A DNA stretch of 64,000 nt from Alphaproteobacteria bacterium. Its GTDB lineage: Bacteria; Pseudomonadota; Alphaproteobacteria; JAAXGF01. The notes beneath the pieces were generated by a model. It searched no databases, was not told the origin of the DNA, and saw only the letters and a list, made by a program, of their open reading frames with translations. The stretch spans positions 3,328,001-3,392,000 of the forward strand of contig CAUVXB020000002.1 in assembly GCA_963555825.3 (NCBI GenBank), read 5' to 3'. How positions within the stretch are numbered: position 1 is the stretch's first letter; the number at the start of each line of letters is the position of its first letter. This document shows positions 51,907 through 63,743 of this stretch, piece after piece. The position numbers and the translations under genes were made by a program.

Positions 51907-52962
51907 TCAAGCACTCGATGGGGCGGTGAGTACGCGGTAGATCTCGCGGGCCACGTAACGCTTCAGGCCGCGCATGATCTCGCGTTTGGACAGCCCCTCC
52001 AGGGTCCTGCGAGCGACATAGGCTCGGGTCCGCTCGTCGGTTCGCATTCGGCACACGACGACCATGTGCAGGGCGGAGTTGGCTTGGCGGTTGCCTCCGC
52101 GGTTGAGACGGTGGCGTTGCGTCTTCCCACTCGATGCGGGGATCGGGCAGACGCCGCACATCATGGCGAAGCTCGCCTCGGAGCGGAGCCGATCCGGGTT
52201 ATCCCCAACGGCGACCATTACTGCGCCTGCGTTCTCGGTGCCCACGCCTTCGAGCTCAAGCAGACTGGGGGCGAGCTCCTCGACCAAGGGGACGATGAAC
52301 CGGTCGAGTTCAGCGATCTCGTCGTTGATGTCGAGGATTCTGCGGGCGAGGGACTTCAGGGAGAGCTTGGTCGCGACCACCGGGTCTCGATAGCCGACCG
52401 TGTCCGGCCTCCAGGCCGCACAGGTACGCAGGCGCTGCATGCGGGTGAGGTTGCGGACCTGGTCACGCACTTCCTCCGGTGCGGCAACGATGGTGTTGTG
52501 GAGTTGCTGCAGGGCCGCGCGGCGGCACTTGATTGCCGTCTTTCGCGTTGTTCGCAGCACCCGCAGGGCTTCCACGGTGCCGGAACGGTCTTCGGCCACC
52601 TGGACCCGGCGTCTTGTGTGCGCCGCCTCGGCCGCGGAGATCGCATCCAGGGCGTCGTCCTTGCCCTTGGCTCTTCGGCTGGCTGGGTCCGGCCCGGTCA
52701 CCTCGAGCACGGGGATACCCGAGAGTGCCAGGTGCCGGGTGATGCCGGCTCCGTAGGTACCGGTGGATTCCACTCCTACACGAAGCAGCTCGCCATGAGA
52801 GCGGAACCAGCGAAGCATCGCCCGGTAGCCGGCTCGGGTGGTGGAGAACGATTCGGTACCAAGCACCGTTCCGTCGTGGCTCACGACGGCGGCGGTGTGC
52901 AGGTCCTGGTGGGTGTCGACGCCACCGATGATCTGGATGTTGTCGGCTGTTGTAGTCGCCAT
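51907..52962 (-). CDS. IS110-family DEDD recombinase
   Basis: GGVDTHQD, GVESTGTYG, KDDALDA, PASSGK and RLNRGGNRQANSAL. Confidence 0.93.
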   Translation of the reverse strand: MATTTADNIQIIGGVDTHQDLHTAAVVSHDGTVLGTESFSTTRAGYRAMLRWFRSHGELLRVGVESTGTYGAGITRHLALSGIPVLEVTGPDPASRRAKGKDDALDAISAAEAAHTRRRVQVAEDRSGTVEALRVLRTTRKTAIKCRRAALQQLHNTIVAAPEEVRDQVRNLTRMQRLRTCAAWRPDTVGYRDPVVATKLSLKSLARRILDINDEIAELDRFIVPLVEELAPSLLELEGVGTENAGAVMVAVGDNPDRLRSEASFAMMCGVCPIPASSGKTQRHRLNRGGNRQANSALHMVVVCRMRTDERTRAYVARRTLEGLSKREIMRGLKRYVAREIYRVLTAPSSA

Positions 52963-53190
52963 GTCCGCCCCCTGGTCTATGATGGGTGGAGGGGTTGGCT
53001 CCGAACTCAGCCGATGTCGGACACGACAGTGACGGGGCGCCCAAGGCCGGGCTCTCATCAGGTCACGATGTCGGTCGAGGTCGGAACCTCAACCGGTTGC
53101 CCCCGGGTGGCCGACATGTCCGGGGAATGACATCTCGGTCGATCTGAGTGTGGGTCAAGCCACCCAAGGGCGGCCGGCCCTATCAGTCTA
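52963..53190 (-). ncRNA. Candidate IS110 bridge RNA
   Basis: Structured non-coding leader (GGGTGGC/GCCACCC stem) with 8 nt identical to the element's right end. Confidence 0.55.
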
Positions 53191-53249
53191 GATGCGTCTA
53201 TCGCTGTGCGGGTCAGGTCACTCCGAGGGAACCGGCCCGCAGATACTCA

Positions 53250-54190
53250 CTATCGCTATGGTGGATCACACCGGCGCCAGGTTGGCGCAGCCCGATAGCA
53301 CGGTTAAGCGCCCTGAGCGGCAGGTCGCTGGTCATGCGAGCGCCCACGGCCCAGCCGATGACGCGCCGGGAGTAGAGGTCGAGCATGACGGCCAGGTACC
53401 GCCAGCCCTGTGCCGTCCAGATATAGCTGATGTCGGCAGCCCATTTCTCGTTGGGTGCCTCGGCGGAGAAGTTCTGGTCGAGAAGGTTCGATGCGACGGC
53501 CTTGTTGTGCTGGCTGTCCGTCGTCTTTTTGAACTTCTGTTTCCGTTTTGGAGACAACCCATTTCCCCGCATCAGCCGAGCCACCCTATGGCGTCCAACC
53601 TCGATCCCATTCTCGGCAAGCTCGTGATGGACCCGCTCTGCACCGTAGCTCTCGCGGCTGCGCCGAAAGGCTGCCCGGACATGGGCGAGTAGAACCATGT
53701 CATCGAGCTGTCGCTGGCTTGGGCCGCGATTGCGCCAAGCGTAGAAGCCTGAGACGCTGACCTGCAGCAGTCTGCACAGGCGGAATATCGGCATCGCCAA
53801 CCCGGCCCTCTCCGCGTCGATGAACCGGAACCTCATCGACTTTCCCTGGCGAAGAAGGCCAGCGCTTTTTTTAGCAGATCACGTTCCTGACGGGCCAGAT
53901 CACGCTCTCGGCGTAGGCGGGTAATCTCCTTCGCTGCATCCTCATGCGGACCGGAAAGCAAATCCTCCTCACGCAATTCTGCGACCCAGCGGCCGAGCGC
54001 GCTGACGCTGATCCCAAGATCTCCTGCTATCTGCCGCTGCCTGCGCCCGCTCGTCTGTAAAAGACGGACGGCTTCTTCCTTGAAGGCCCGATCAAACCGC
54101 CGGCCCTTGTTCCCATTCTGCTTCGACATTTGCACCTCCTGCGATCAAAATCCTATCGCAGGACGTCTCCACTTTCGTCAGCAGGGTCCA
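53250..54190 (-). mobile_element. IS3-family element, 3' truncated (orfA 53833-54129, orfB from 53836)
   Basis: IRL TGGACCCTGC; FKEEAVRL, WAADISY and LDLYSRRVIGW; breaks at HHSD. Confidence 0.88.
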
Positions 54191-55506
54191 TACCACCGTT
54201 CCACCGCCAAGGGAACGGTGGTATGATTTCCATGAATTTGAAGGGCATCTGGGGAATGTCGGATGAATCCGTAGTTTCCTCCGCACGGCAGGTGATGAAG
54301 CAGAAGATCCGATGCCGTCCGTCAGAAGATCGACAGCAGAGTGTACGGTGTTCCTTTGTTCCTTGCCTATCCGGTTTACACCCACACCCACTAGGGCTAG
54401 AATGGGCGCAAACCGGATATAGGGGAGCGCGCCATGGATGTTCTCGACCGCGCCGATCTCCCATTCCCGCATTCGCTACCCGAGTTCCAGCGACTTTTCC
54501 CCGATGATGCGGCCTGCGCCGCCTACCTGGAGAAAGCCCGCTGGGGAGACGGCTTTGCCTGCCCGCACTGCGGCACGGCGGGAGAGCCGTTCCACTTTGA
54601 AAACCGCCCTGGCGTCCTGCGCTGCCGCAAGTGCCGCCAGAACACCGGGCTGACGGTGGGAACAGTGATGGAGCGTAGCCACACTCCGCTGAACGTCTGG
54701 TTCTGGGCCGCTTATCTGGTCGCCAGTCAGACGCCCGGCATGTCCGCCGTGCAGTTTCAGCGGCAACTTGGTCTTTCGCGCTACGAGACGGCCTTTCAAA
54801 TTCTCCACAAGCTCCGCTCGGGCATGGTGCGGCCCAACCAAGACAGGATCGGTGGACAGCCCAAGAACCATGTTGAGGTGGACGAAACCTGGGTTGGCGG
54901 GCGAACGCGTGGGGAAGGCCGTGGTGTTCACCACAAGGTTCTCGTCTCCTGTGCCATCGAGGTGCGTCATCGAAAGCCGGGCACCAAGCTCGACAACCGG
55001 AAAGACGGACGCTATGCCGGACGCGTTCGGCTCGCCGTCGTGCTCGACCGTAGCGCCGAGTCGCTCTGTGGGTTCGTCGAGAGCACCGTCGCGCCGGGAT
55101 CGCTGATCGTTACTGACGATTGGAGCGGCTATGCTGGCCTCGGTAAGCGCGGCTATGAGCACTTCGCTGTTGCCGAGTGTGGTGATCCAGAGGTTGCCGA
55201 GCAATACCTGCCGATCATCCATCTGGTTTTCGCCAACCTGAAGACGTGGCTGATCGGTATCCACCACGGCGTTAGCCACCAGCACCTACAAGCCTACCTC
55301 AACGAGTTCACCTTCCGCTTCAACAGGCGGTTCTACCCGTTCAACGCCTTCCGCTCATTGCTCGGCATCGCGGGCGACACCTCTGCTCCAACCTATGCCG
55401 AGCTTTACTCGGGAGAGTGGCGGCACCCTACATGTAGCGGTCATGGGCGTTAACCGGATAGGCAAGCTTTGTTCATCTAGAATTTGATGATGATGAGAGT
55501 GTCTGA
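54191..55506 (+). pseudogene. 3' remnant of the gene upstream of the sacsin-like gene, split by IS1595
   Basis: Removing the IS gives ...SVRCSFVHLEFDDDESV*, whose stop overlaps the GTG at 55499. Confidence 0.5.
54362..55466 (+). mobile_element. IS1595-family element, copy 2 (transposase 54434-55453)
   Basis: Same IRs, length and protein as copy 1; 8-bp TSD CTTTGTTC. Confidence 0.93.
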
Positions 55507-58500
55507 TTCTGTGGAAATCTCTGCCGCTAGCATGCGCGCCAGCGATGCCGTGATGGGCGAGGAAGCGGCTCGGCTCATCTGGGATGACGCGCCCAGCGTG
55601 GATGAAATACACGATCCTCGTACGGGTGAATTTGCGGCGGCGGTCATCGATGGATTAACCGCGGCGCTCGCCAGTTCTCCCGGCGCGATCAAAAAGATGA
55701 TGCGCAGCGCCGCTACGGCTGCCGAGGATCTGAATGTCGCTCCGTTCCAGGGGCTAGTCGAAGTCATTCAGATTGCCGACGACGTCTGCGCCGACGAAGT
55801 TCGGTTTACGCTGCGGAAGAAAAACGGCAAGTCGCAACTCTTGGTGGTCCATGATGGTCAGCCGGTCACCTGCCAGCATGTGCTCGCCATGGCCCTTCCG
55901 TTCCTGACGACAAAGACGCACCGGGTCGATCAACGGGGACGGTTCGGGATCGGATTGAAGACGCTCAAGCGGATCGCCGATGCGATCGCCATTCACTCCG
56001 CTCCCTATCATTTTTCAGGCGACCAACTTTCGCTTAAACGGGTCGAGCAGGAGCCCGGCCTGCCGGGCTTCTACAGCCCCGCGAGGGACACGCTCCTAGT
56101 CCTGGATCTGCGCGAGAACTTCGCCGAAGAGGAATTGAGAAGCTGGTTCGAGGCATGGGAAGAAGATGGCCTCATCTTCCTGGGATTCGTCAGCCGGTTC
56201 CGCTGGTGTGCGGTCAAAGGCGAAGCGCTCCTTGACAGAGCGGTTGAGAAGGGCGGCTGGGAGCCGGCCTCGTTCGACCCGTTGCATGAGCCGGTTCTCG
56301 CAATCCGCCACCGCCATGTCCGCGGACGGGACCGCGAATGGCGAGTCTGGAACGCGACAGTTTCCGTTCCAGCTCATCTGAAACCCGCGCACAAGGCAAG
56401 AAGCGAGACCACGGAGATTTCGGTGGCGGTGCCAGATCAGCCGTCGCGAGGTAGTCTGTATATCGGACTCAAGACACGCGTTCCGGTCGCGTTGAACCTC
56501 TCGCTCGACGCCCAGTTCGACCCGAGCACCGCGCGAGAGAAACTTATTCAAAACGACTGGAATAACTGGCTGATAGACCGCTGCGCGGACCTGTTGGGGG
56601 ATGTCGCTGCCGGATTGCTTGTCCATGAACCGGTGACCGCATGGAAGCTCATCCCGCTTCAACGGGAGAAAGTCGGTGACGAGACGGATCGCTGGCTACG
56701 AGGTCATTTCGATGCCGCATTCGAGCGCGTTCGGAATGAGGTCGGTGCGACCGGGTTGGTCGCCGTCGTGCAGGAACATGTTCCGCTGTCCAATCTCGCC
56801 TACGAAGATGAATCGCTAAGTGGACTGCTGGCCGCAGCGGATATCGAATCGCTGGTCCAGGAGAGCCGCGCGCTGCCGACCGATGTTCGGGACGAGAGGG
56901 GCAGATGGCGGGAGGTCCTGCAGGAACTAGAGGTCGCCGCGAAGGTCGAGACAGCCGAACTGCTTGACGGGTTCACGCGTGGCTTGTTCGCAGGAAAGGA
57001 TCCGGTCTGGTGGGTCGAGGCTTCACAGCGCCTCACGGCCAATCATCCTGCCGACGATGAACTTTTCGGCATACCCTACTGGTTGACCGATGACGGCCGA
57101 CCGGTTCCGTGCCAGCGGGAGGCCGATACCGCCCGCCCGCTTGTTGTCGGCGATGCCATTTCGGACTTCTCTGCCCGTTGGAAGCTTCTGGACCGGCTCC
57201 ACGAGGCTTACGGGCGGAGCGTGGCCGGCAAGCAGGCCATCGAATGGCTGGACAAACACGCCGCTTTCACCGCGCATATCGATGCTGCGATCGAACTCGC
57301 CGCCCTTGCAGAGCGCTTCGTAGAGGAACCTGTAGACATCGGGGACGAGGAGCTCAGGGAAATCCGCGACCGCTTCGACGAACTCTCCGACCGGAGCGCA
57401 GCAGAAATCGGCTATAGTGTCGGCGCGGCTCTTTTGCTCGACGGCTATGTTTATATGGGTGGCAAGCGGCAGAAGCGAAAAGTCTCTCCGGTGAACGCCT
57501 ATCTGTGCCGGACGCTGGACAGCGACAATCCGAACTGGCCGACGGCGGCCGGCACGATTCCCGACATAGAATGGGTCGCAGCGCGCTACAACGATCAGCT
57601 CAAGACCGGCGCGACGAGAACCTCACGCCGCCGGGCGGACGGCACGATATCTCGTGGGCCGCGCAAATTCCTGATGCTGCTCGGGGTCGAGTGCACGCCT
57701 CGCCTGGTGAAAACCGACACCATTCGCTGGGGTCGACCGACGCGCGAAAAAGAACTTTGCTCGGCGGGTGCCGAGGAAGTCACGCATGATTTCACGTCAC
57801 CGGACCTGACACGGATCCTGGTGGCGCTGAAAAAGCTCCAGAAGAAGGAAGCCAGGGTCAGAAGTCCAGCCTTGCTTCGCGCACTTTCACGCAACTGGGA
57901 ACGCGTCTACGGTAAAAACAAAAAGGTCCCCTCCCGGCATCATGCCCGCGTCCATAGCTATGACAAGGCGCCCGTCACGGCTGACTGGCTGATCGATCTT
58001 CGCGAAGAGCCGTGGATCGCGGTCGGGCGTGGACAGCCGGTGCCGCCTGCATCGGCCGTCATCAAAACAGCCGAAACGCAGACGCTCTACCCAAGCAGCG
58101 CGTTTGCCGTCGGCGTCGAGCCCGGGGATATCGGGAACGACTTCGCCGCAGCACTCGGATTGATCACCGATGTTCGCCTCAGCGATCTGATCGAACATCT
58201 CGCCAGCATTCGCGACGGAGAGGAGCCCGTCGACGATGGGAATGTTCTTCAGATCTATCGAAACATCGCGAGGATCTGTCCGAAGTCCGCCTCCTGGAAT
58301 ACGCGGATCGGCGACATGACCGTGCAGGCGCTCCGTGCCCGGTTCTCGGAAGGGACGGGCCTGATCCACAGTGGCGGTGGTGTCTGGCACAGACCCGCCA
58401 ATCTGCTCAAGGGCAAGGACATTTTTCACGACCGGGGCAACTTTGTCCCTGGCGGCCCGGCCTGCTCCGATCTATGGTCGGTTCTGGACGTGCGCGAACC

Positions 58501-61393
58501 GTCACTGGACGACTGCATAGGATATTGCCGTTCGCTCGCAGCCCAAGCGTACACGGCATCGATGATCGCCATCCTCATCGACATATTCCGGTACATGGAG
58601 CCTTTGCTGCCTTCGGCCAGCCGTGGTCAGAAGAACCGTTTGAAAGAACTTCCCCTCGTCTGTTCTGAAAGCTGGGAAGTAGAGCGGCCGATCTATTTCG
58701 CAGACGATCCGGAGTTACGAGGCGAGCTTGCGAAGACCCTGCCCGGACGCCGCTTCTGGACGCCGCCATGCGACGTGCGTGACCTACCGAATCTCGTTGA
58801 GATGACCCGGGTAACGAAACTGCATCCTACCTTGCAGGTCGTTGACGACACGGCTCGGGCGCAGGAACAGGGTGAAGCTATGCGCGCCCGGTTCGGGCAG
58901 GCGGTCGAGCATCTGTCCGATGAACTGGCGCGTAACGATCCTGCCACGCGCGCGAAAATTGCGATTAGCTGGGACCAGCTTAAGGTGTATCGCACCCGGT
59001 TCCTTGGACACAAGTTTGTCTCATGCGGCGGGCCTGAGTGACATCGCGGTGTGCCACGCCTGACGAGCTTGAGCGGGGCTCAGGTAGCCGTTCTTCTCCA
59101 CGATCCACTGGGCATTGTACTGTTCGACGAACCCGCGGACGGCGTTCCGCAGCTCCGCGATGTTGCGGTAGATGCGGCCATGGATGATCTGTTCCTTGAG
59201 CGTGCGATTGAACCTCTCGGCGACGCCGTTGGTCTGGGGCTGTTCGACGAAGGCGTAGGACGGCTGGATGCCCCAGAACTTGATCTGGTTGGTGAAGTGG
59301 TCCGACAGATACTGGGAGCCGTGATCCATCCGCAAGGCCAGCCCCCGCGCCGCACCGGCGGAGGTCGAGGCATACAGCCTCGCAAGCCCCATGGAGATCG
59401 GCTGAAGGGCGGCGAAGCGGTCGCCTCGCTTGCACACATGCCAGCCGACGCACTCGGCGTTCCAATGCTCGATGGCGGTGAATATCCAGCCCCAGCCGTC
59501 GTCCACCGTGAACACCCGAACGCCGTCCGTGCCCCACATGAGGTTGGGGGCATGGGTGATGATCTCACCGACATGGGGATTTCCGCCACGGCGGCGGCAG
59601 CGATGGGGCGAGAGCAGGTTGTTCTCGCGCATCACCCGGAGCCCCCGCTTGCGGGAAACACGGATGCCACGACAGACCCGAAGCCGAGCCCAGACCTTGC
59701 GGTGTCCCTCGCCCTCCCAGGGGGATGCCTCCAGGTCGGCCTCGATGGCCACCAGCAGAGCCTCGTCCGAGATCGAGGGCTTCGGTCCCCGGCGCTTTGC
59801 TGGTGGGCGCTCAGCGGTGGCCTGCTGCCGGGATTTCATGGCGTAGAACGAGGAACGGGCAAAACCCCAGGCCGCACAGACCCGCTGGAGGCCGTAGGCC
59901 AAACCCGTGCCGGGAGAGGTGGCGGCACTCATCGCCGCGACCTCCGCCGCCCCAAAGGGCCGGACGTCTCCGTCTTGGCCTCCAGCAGTTCCACCTGCAT
60001 GATCAACTCCCCGATCCGCTTCATGGCGATGTCCAGTTCCGCCTTCACCGGATCGCCCTTGCGTTCCTTGAGCGAGGCATCGATCCCGGCGATCGCCTTC
60101 TCACGCCACTGCTCGAGCCGGAAAATCTCCACGCCCAACTGCCGCGACAAAAGTTCCACCGGCTCGCCACGCAAAAGCCGCAGGGCAACCTCACGCTTGC
60201 GCGTCACCGTCCACCGCTGGCCAAGTCCCAGCGGGCCTGCCGGCGAAACCTGGCCCGGGGAAAACGTGGACGAGCCAAGCTCGCCCTCGTTTACCACAGG
60301 CCCATCAACAGCAACTTTGTTCTCAAAATTGTCGGTCATGTTCCGGTCCTCCTTGGACACTTCGATTAAGCCAATTCTGTGTCCAAGGAAATCGGGTCCG
60401 ACTCAGGACCAGCTTAAGGCTATACCGCTGTTTGTCTATGATCAGCCGATAGCGGTGGAGGCGAAAGACGAAGCGTTATCAGCGAAGCCCGTGCGGATTG
60501 AACGGCGGGCCTTGTTGACCGGCCATCCTGCCGAACTTCACGTCTGGGTGGATGCGCTGCCGAAGCGAGAAAATGGCGGCCGCGCCATTGCGTCCCTTTT
60601 CCCGGCGGATATCAGCCGGAGCATCGAAGCCGAATGGTTCGTCTCCTGGCAGGAGAGCATGGAGTTCAGGACGGAGGGCATTCGCCTCGCTTCTGATGAG
60701 ACCCTGAACGAGGCACTCGAGGAGCAGGCGGAGAAGATCAATACTGCCCCCAAGGTCAGGATAAAGGTGAGCGCCCCCGCAAGTCGGTCCCCGGGCAGCA
60801 AGCCCCGAACCTTGAAGGAGTCCATCGGAGCGATTGCAGGTGCGAAGGTCAATCCCGGCAGTCCGCCCAAGCCTGCCAGGTCAGGTAAGCAACGGCCCTT
60901 GAGCTCTACGGCGCCTGAAGCAAGTCGGCCCTCGTCGACACAGTCGTCCTCGTTCGTCGCCTACACCAATGCGGATCTGGAGCAGCGCGGGTGGGAAATA
61001 CTGGAGCAGGCGCTGAACACCTCTCAAGATGAGCGCCTAGTGGATTTCAGGAAGAGACACGGCGTCGGCGCAGACGGTGCGATCAACTGGAAAACGTTCG
61101 TGGAGCTGAAGGCGACCGGTCGCGGCCCGCAATCCTCGATTGAGATGTCGAATTCGGAATACGAGCGGGCGAAGGAGCGCGGGAAGGACTTTATCCTTGC
61201 CCTCGTTTCCGGGCTTGAGGCGGAACAAACTGACGAGGTTCGTCTGATCATCGATCCCGCCAATTGCGTTTCCACACGTCCGGTCAACGGCATTCGCATG
61301 CTCGGGCTGCTGGAGGCTCCGGCCGTCGTCGTACAGTTTGAGGACGTGGCCGCGGGAAACGTAGACAGAGAGAAGGAAACGCGGCCACGCTAG
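55499..61393 (+). pseudogene. Sacsin-like GHKL ATPase with C-terminal DUF3883/NO VEIN nuclease domain, ~1486 aa, interrupted by IS
   Basis: EVIQIADD, HDGQP, GRFGIGLKT, DAQFD..TARE; C-terminal GADG..VELKATGR..MSNSEYERA; 55499-58985 plus 60420-61393 are in frame. Confidence 0.8.
58986..60405 (-). mobile_element. IS3/IS481-like element, copy B (orfA 59929-60339, orfB 59021-59932)
   Basis: 1420 bp, nearly identical to copy A; 14-bp TSD GGACCAGCTTAAGG. Confidence 0.92.
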
Positions 61394-61738
61394 CCTGCCG
61401 GCGGCTCTTCGGACGATTCGACCGCCACGGTGAGTGTCACTGGAGGGGACGTATACTCGCAGCATGAAATCGAGATCGACTCACCATCTGACGGTTAGCT
61501 CATTTGGTAAGGTTTTGCTCCGTTCAAGGAGTATGGGGAAAAATCACCACTAATCTACGGACCTCACTGGAGGCCGCAATATGCGAGTACAGGATTGCCC
61601 GTGAAGCCGGAAGAACGTGTGGATTTAGATATCGCAGCAAAATTATTGCAGTCACATGGACTGACACCGAAGCGGTTCACCAAAGCAGAGAGACGAAAAG
61701 GAAAGGGAATTATATACGTGTTTACCCAAGAGGCCGCG

Positions 61739-62080
61739 TCAACGCTGCTTATCTGACCGCCTTGGCAGACTGATACGACTGTAAGTCCGCTCCAATAGGA
61801 CAGCGACGGCATCAACGCCAAGCCATTTCGCCATACCAATTAGTCCAATGATCTCCAAAAGGAAAACTAAAATAGAGGGCACCCAATCCAAGTGCTGGAA
61901 TGCAGCGATATCAATGACAACTATAAGAGCCAAAATCCAGTAGAAGCGTTCCTCCCGGCGGCTGTCTCGTTCGGACTCAATGGCTTTCTCGAGCGCGCCT
62001 GCCCCTTCGTCACTCTTTGTAGCGACTACCGAACGGTAGAACTCTTCATGCAGATTTTTGGGCCGATTTTCGTCGCTCAT
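61739..62080 (-). CDS. Small two-TM membrane protein, candidate toxin
   Basis: Two hydrophobic helices; overlaps the Panacea gene by 35 nt. Confidence 0.65.
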   Translation of the reverse strand: MSDENRPKNLHEEFYRSVVATKSDEGAGALEKAIESERDSRREERFYWILALIVVIDIAAFQHLDWVPSILVFLLEIIGLIGMAKWLGVDAVAVLLERTYSRISLPRRSDKQR

Positions 62081-62498
62081 ATTCCGCCTTAATAGATTTG
62101 TTTGGGATGACTACTCCTCGCAACCCAGGCACGTAGTGCTCAGCCCAAGCCCCTTCTTCCCAGTGGGTAATTGCGACTAGCTTGCTGGTCCGCTCTCTCC
62201 CCAATCCAGCGACCACATCCGCAAGTAGATTCCCCTCGTAGCTGTCAGAAATATTATCTTCGGACCAAAACACATTCTGCACTGGTCTGCTCCCGAATGC
62301 CTTTACTTTGTGATAAAGGACGGGAACTACGGGGCCAAAATCCCACGCTTCAAAATTCTCGCAGATTAAGGGCTCGTCTCTTTCGCCCAACCGCCACATA
62401 TGAGCGATGTAGAGAAGTTTTTGAATTGCCAAGTTGGAGAATTCCCAGTCTCCAGCTTCGCAGATTTTCCGACCAGCCTGTAGGGCGGTGACTTCCAT
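62046..62498 (-). CDS. Panacea (DUF4065/GepA/SocA-like) antitoxin
   Basis: NLAIQKLLY, FEAWDFGPVVPVLY and LVAITH..GAW. Confidence 0.88.
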   Translation of the reverse strand: MEVTALQAGRKICEAGDWEFSNLAIQKLLYIAHMWRLGERDEPLICENFEAWDFGPVVPVLYHKVKAFGSRPVQNVFWSEDNISDSYEGNLLADVVAGLGRERTSKLVAITHWEEGAWAEHYVPGLRGVVIPNKSIKAEYERRKSAQKSA

Positions 62499-62637
62499 GA
62501 TGTGAATTTGATCACATCTTCCTTAACGATTCAATACAAATTGTGCCACTGCTCGGCCTACGGCTTTGCCGATATGACCGCCTAGGCGGCAATCCTACCT
62601 TTTGCCTACCTTTTGGTAATTTCCTGCCCGGAACGGC

Positions 62638-62665
62638 TTGACATCATCCTGAATATGGGTAAACT
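62638..62665 (+). promoter_or_regulatory. Sigma70-type promoter for the IS1595 transposase
   Basis: TTGACA-N16-TAAACT, then AAGGGA RBS before ATG 62690. Confidence 0.6.
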
Positions 62666-62689
62666 GTTTCTATAAAAGGAGACAGAGAA

Positions 62690-63633
62690 ATGGCACACAA
62701 CGCCCCCGGCAGCACTACCGCAAAGGTCTCGCGCTGATCGAGCTCGCGCATATGTTCCCTGATGACACGACAGCCGAGCGCTGGTTTGTCAAAACGCGCT
62801 GGCCGGATGGCGTGCACTGCCCATGCTGTGGCTCACTGAACGTGCAGGAACGCGAAACACGGAAGCCGCAGCCCTATCGTTGCCGGGACTGCCGCAAGGA
62901 TTTCTCGGTCAAGCTCGGTACGCTCATGGAAGGGTCCAAGCTCGGTTTTCAGAAATGGGCCATGGCGATCTATCTGATGATGACGGGCATCAAGGGCACG
63001 TCCAGCATGAAGCTTCACCGCGACTTGGGCATCACACAGAAAACCGCTTGGCACCTAGCGCACCGGATCAGAGAGTCGTGGAGCGACCCGGAGTCGCTCT
63101 TCTCTGGCCCGGTTGAGGTCGACGAAACCTTCATCGGTGGCAAGGAAAAGAACAAGCACGCCAACAAGAAGCTGCACGCGGGCCGTGGTGGCGTCGGCAA
63201 GGCCATCGTCGTCGGAGCCAAGGATCGCGCGACCAACGCAGTGAGCGCCACTGTGGTTGGCAACACGGACGCCAAGACGCTTCAGGGCTTCGTCGGCGAG
63301 CGCGCTGCCAAGGGAGCTACTGTCTATACGGACGATCACGGTGGGTATCAGGGAATGCCGTTTGAGCATGAAACCGTGAAGCACAGCGTCAGCGAGTATG
63401 TGAACGGGATGGCTCACACTCAAGGAATCGAGTCGTTTTGGGCGCTTCTAAAGCGCGGCTATCATGGAACCTACCATCACATGAGCGAGAAGCACCTGGA
63501 TCGCTACGTAAGCGAATTCGCTGGGCGGCACAATGACCGGCGCGCCGATACCATCGAGCAAATGCAGGCGGTGGTTGCCGGGATGGTAGGAAAGCGGCTA
63601 ATGTATCGGGACTTGGTGGCTAACATTCAATAG
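62690..63633 (+). pseudogene. IS1595 transposase with an apparent 1-nt deletion near codon 8 (in-frame ATG at 62752)
   Basis: MAHNAPG then (K)HYRKGLALIEL changes frame; CPCCG, VEVDETF, YTDD, HTQGIESFW and YVSEFAGRHN. Confidence 0.85.
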
Positions 63634-63674
63634 CACTAAATCGGCACTTATCGAAGGCGTGGTGGAGGAAGAAC

Positions 63675-63734
63675 AGGGTGTCGAGGGCGCCTCAACACAC
63701 CACATATAGTGTGTTGAGGCGCCCTCGACACCCT
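63675..63734. repeat. Perfect 26-bp inverted repeat with 8-nt loop
   Basis: AGGGTGTCGAGGGCGCCTCAACACAC-cacatata-GTGTGTTGAGGCGCCCTCGACACCCT. Confidence 0.95.
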
Positions 63735-63743
63735 ACATATAGC

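Noticed and set aside
28099-55466. 27-kb composite transposon between the two matching IS1595 copies
   Set aside because: Copy 2 has its own TSD and the outer flanks (GAAGAAAC vs CTTTGTTC) do not match.
59051-61393. 780-aa ORF as a real protein
   Set aside because: It is the antisense strand of the IS read into the true C-terminus (60420-61393) of the sacsin-like gene.
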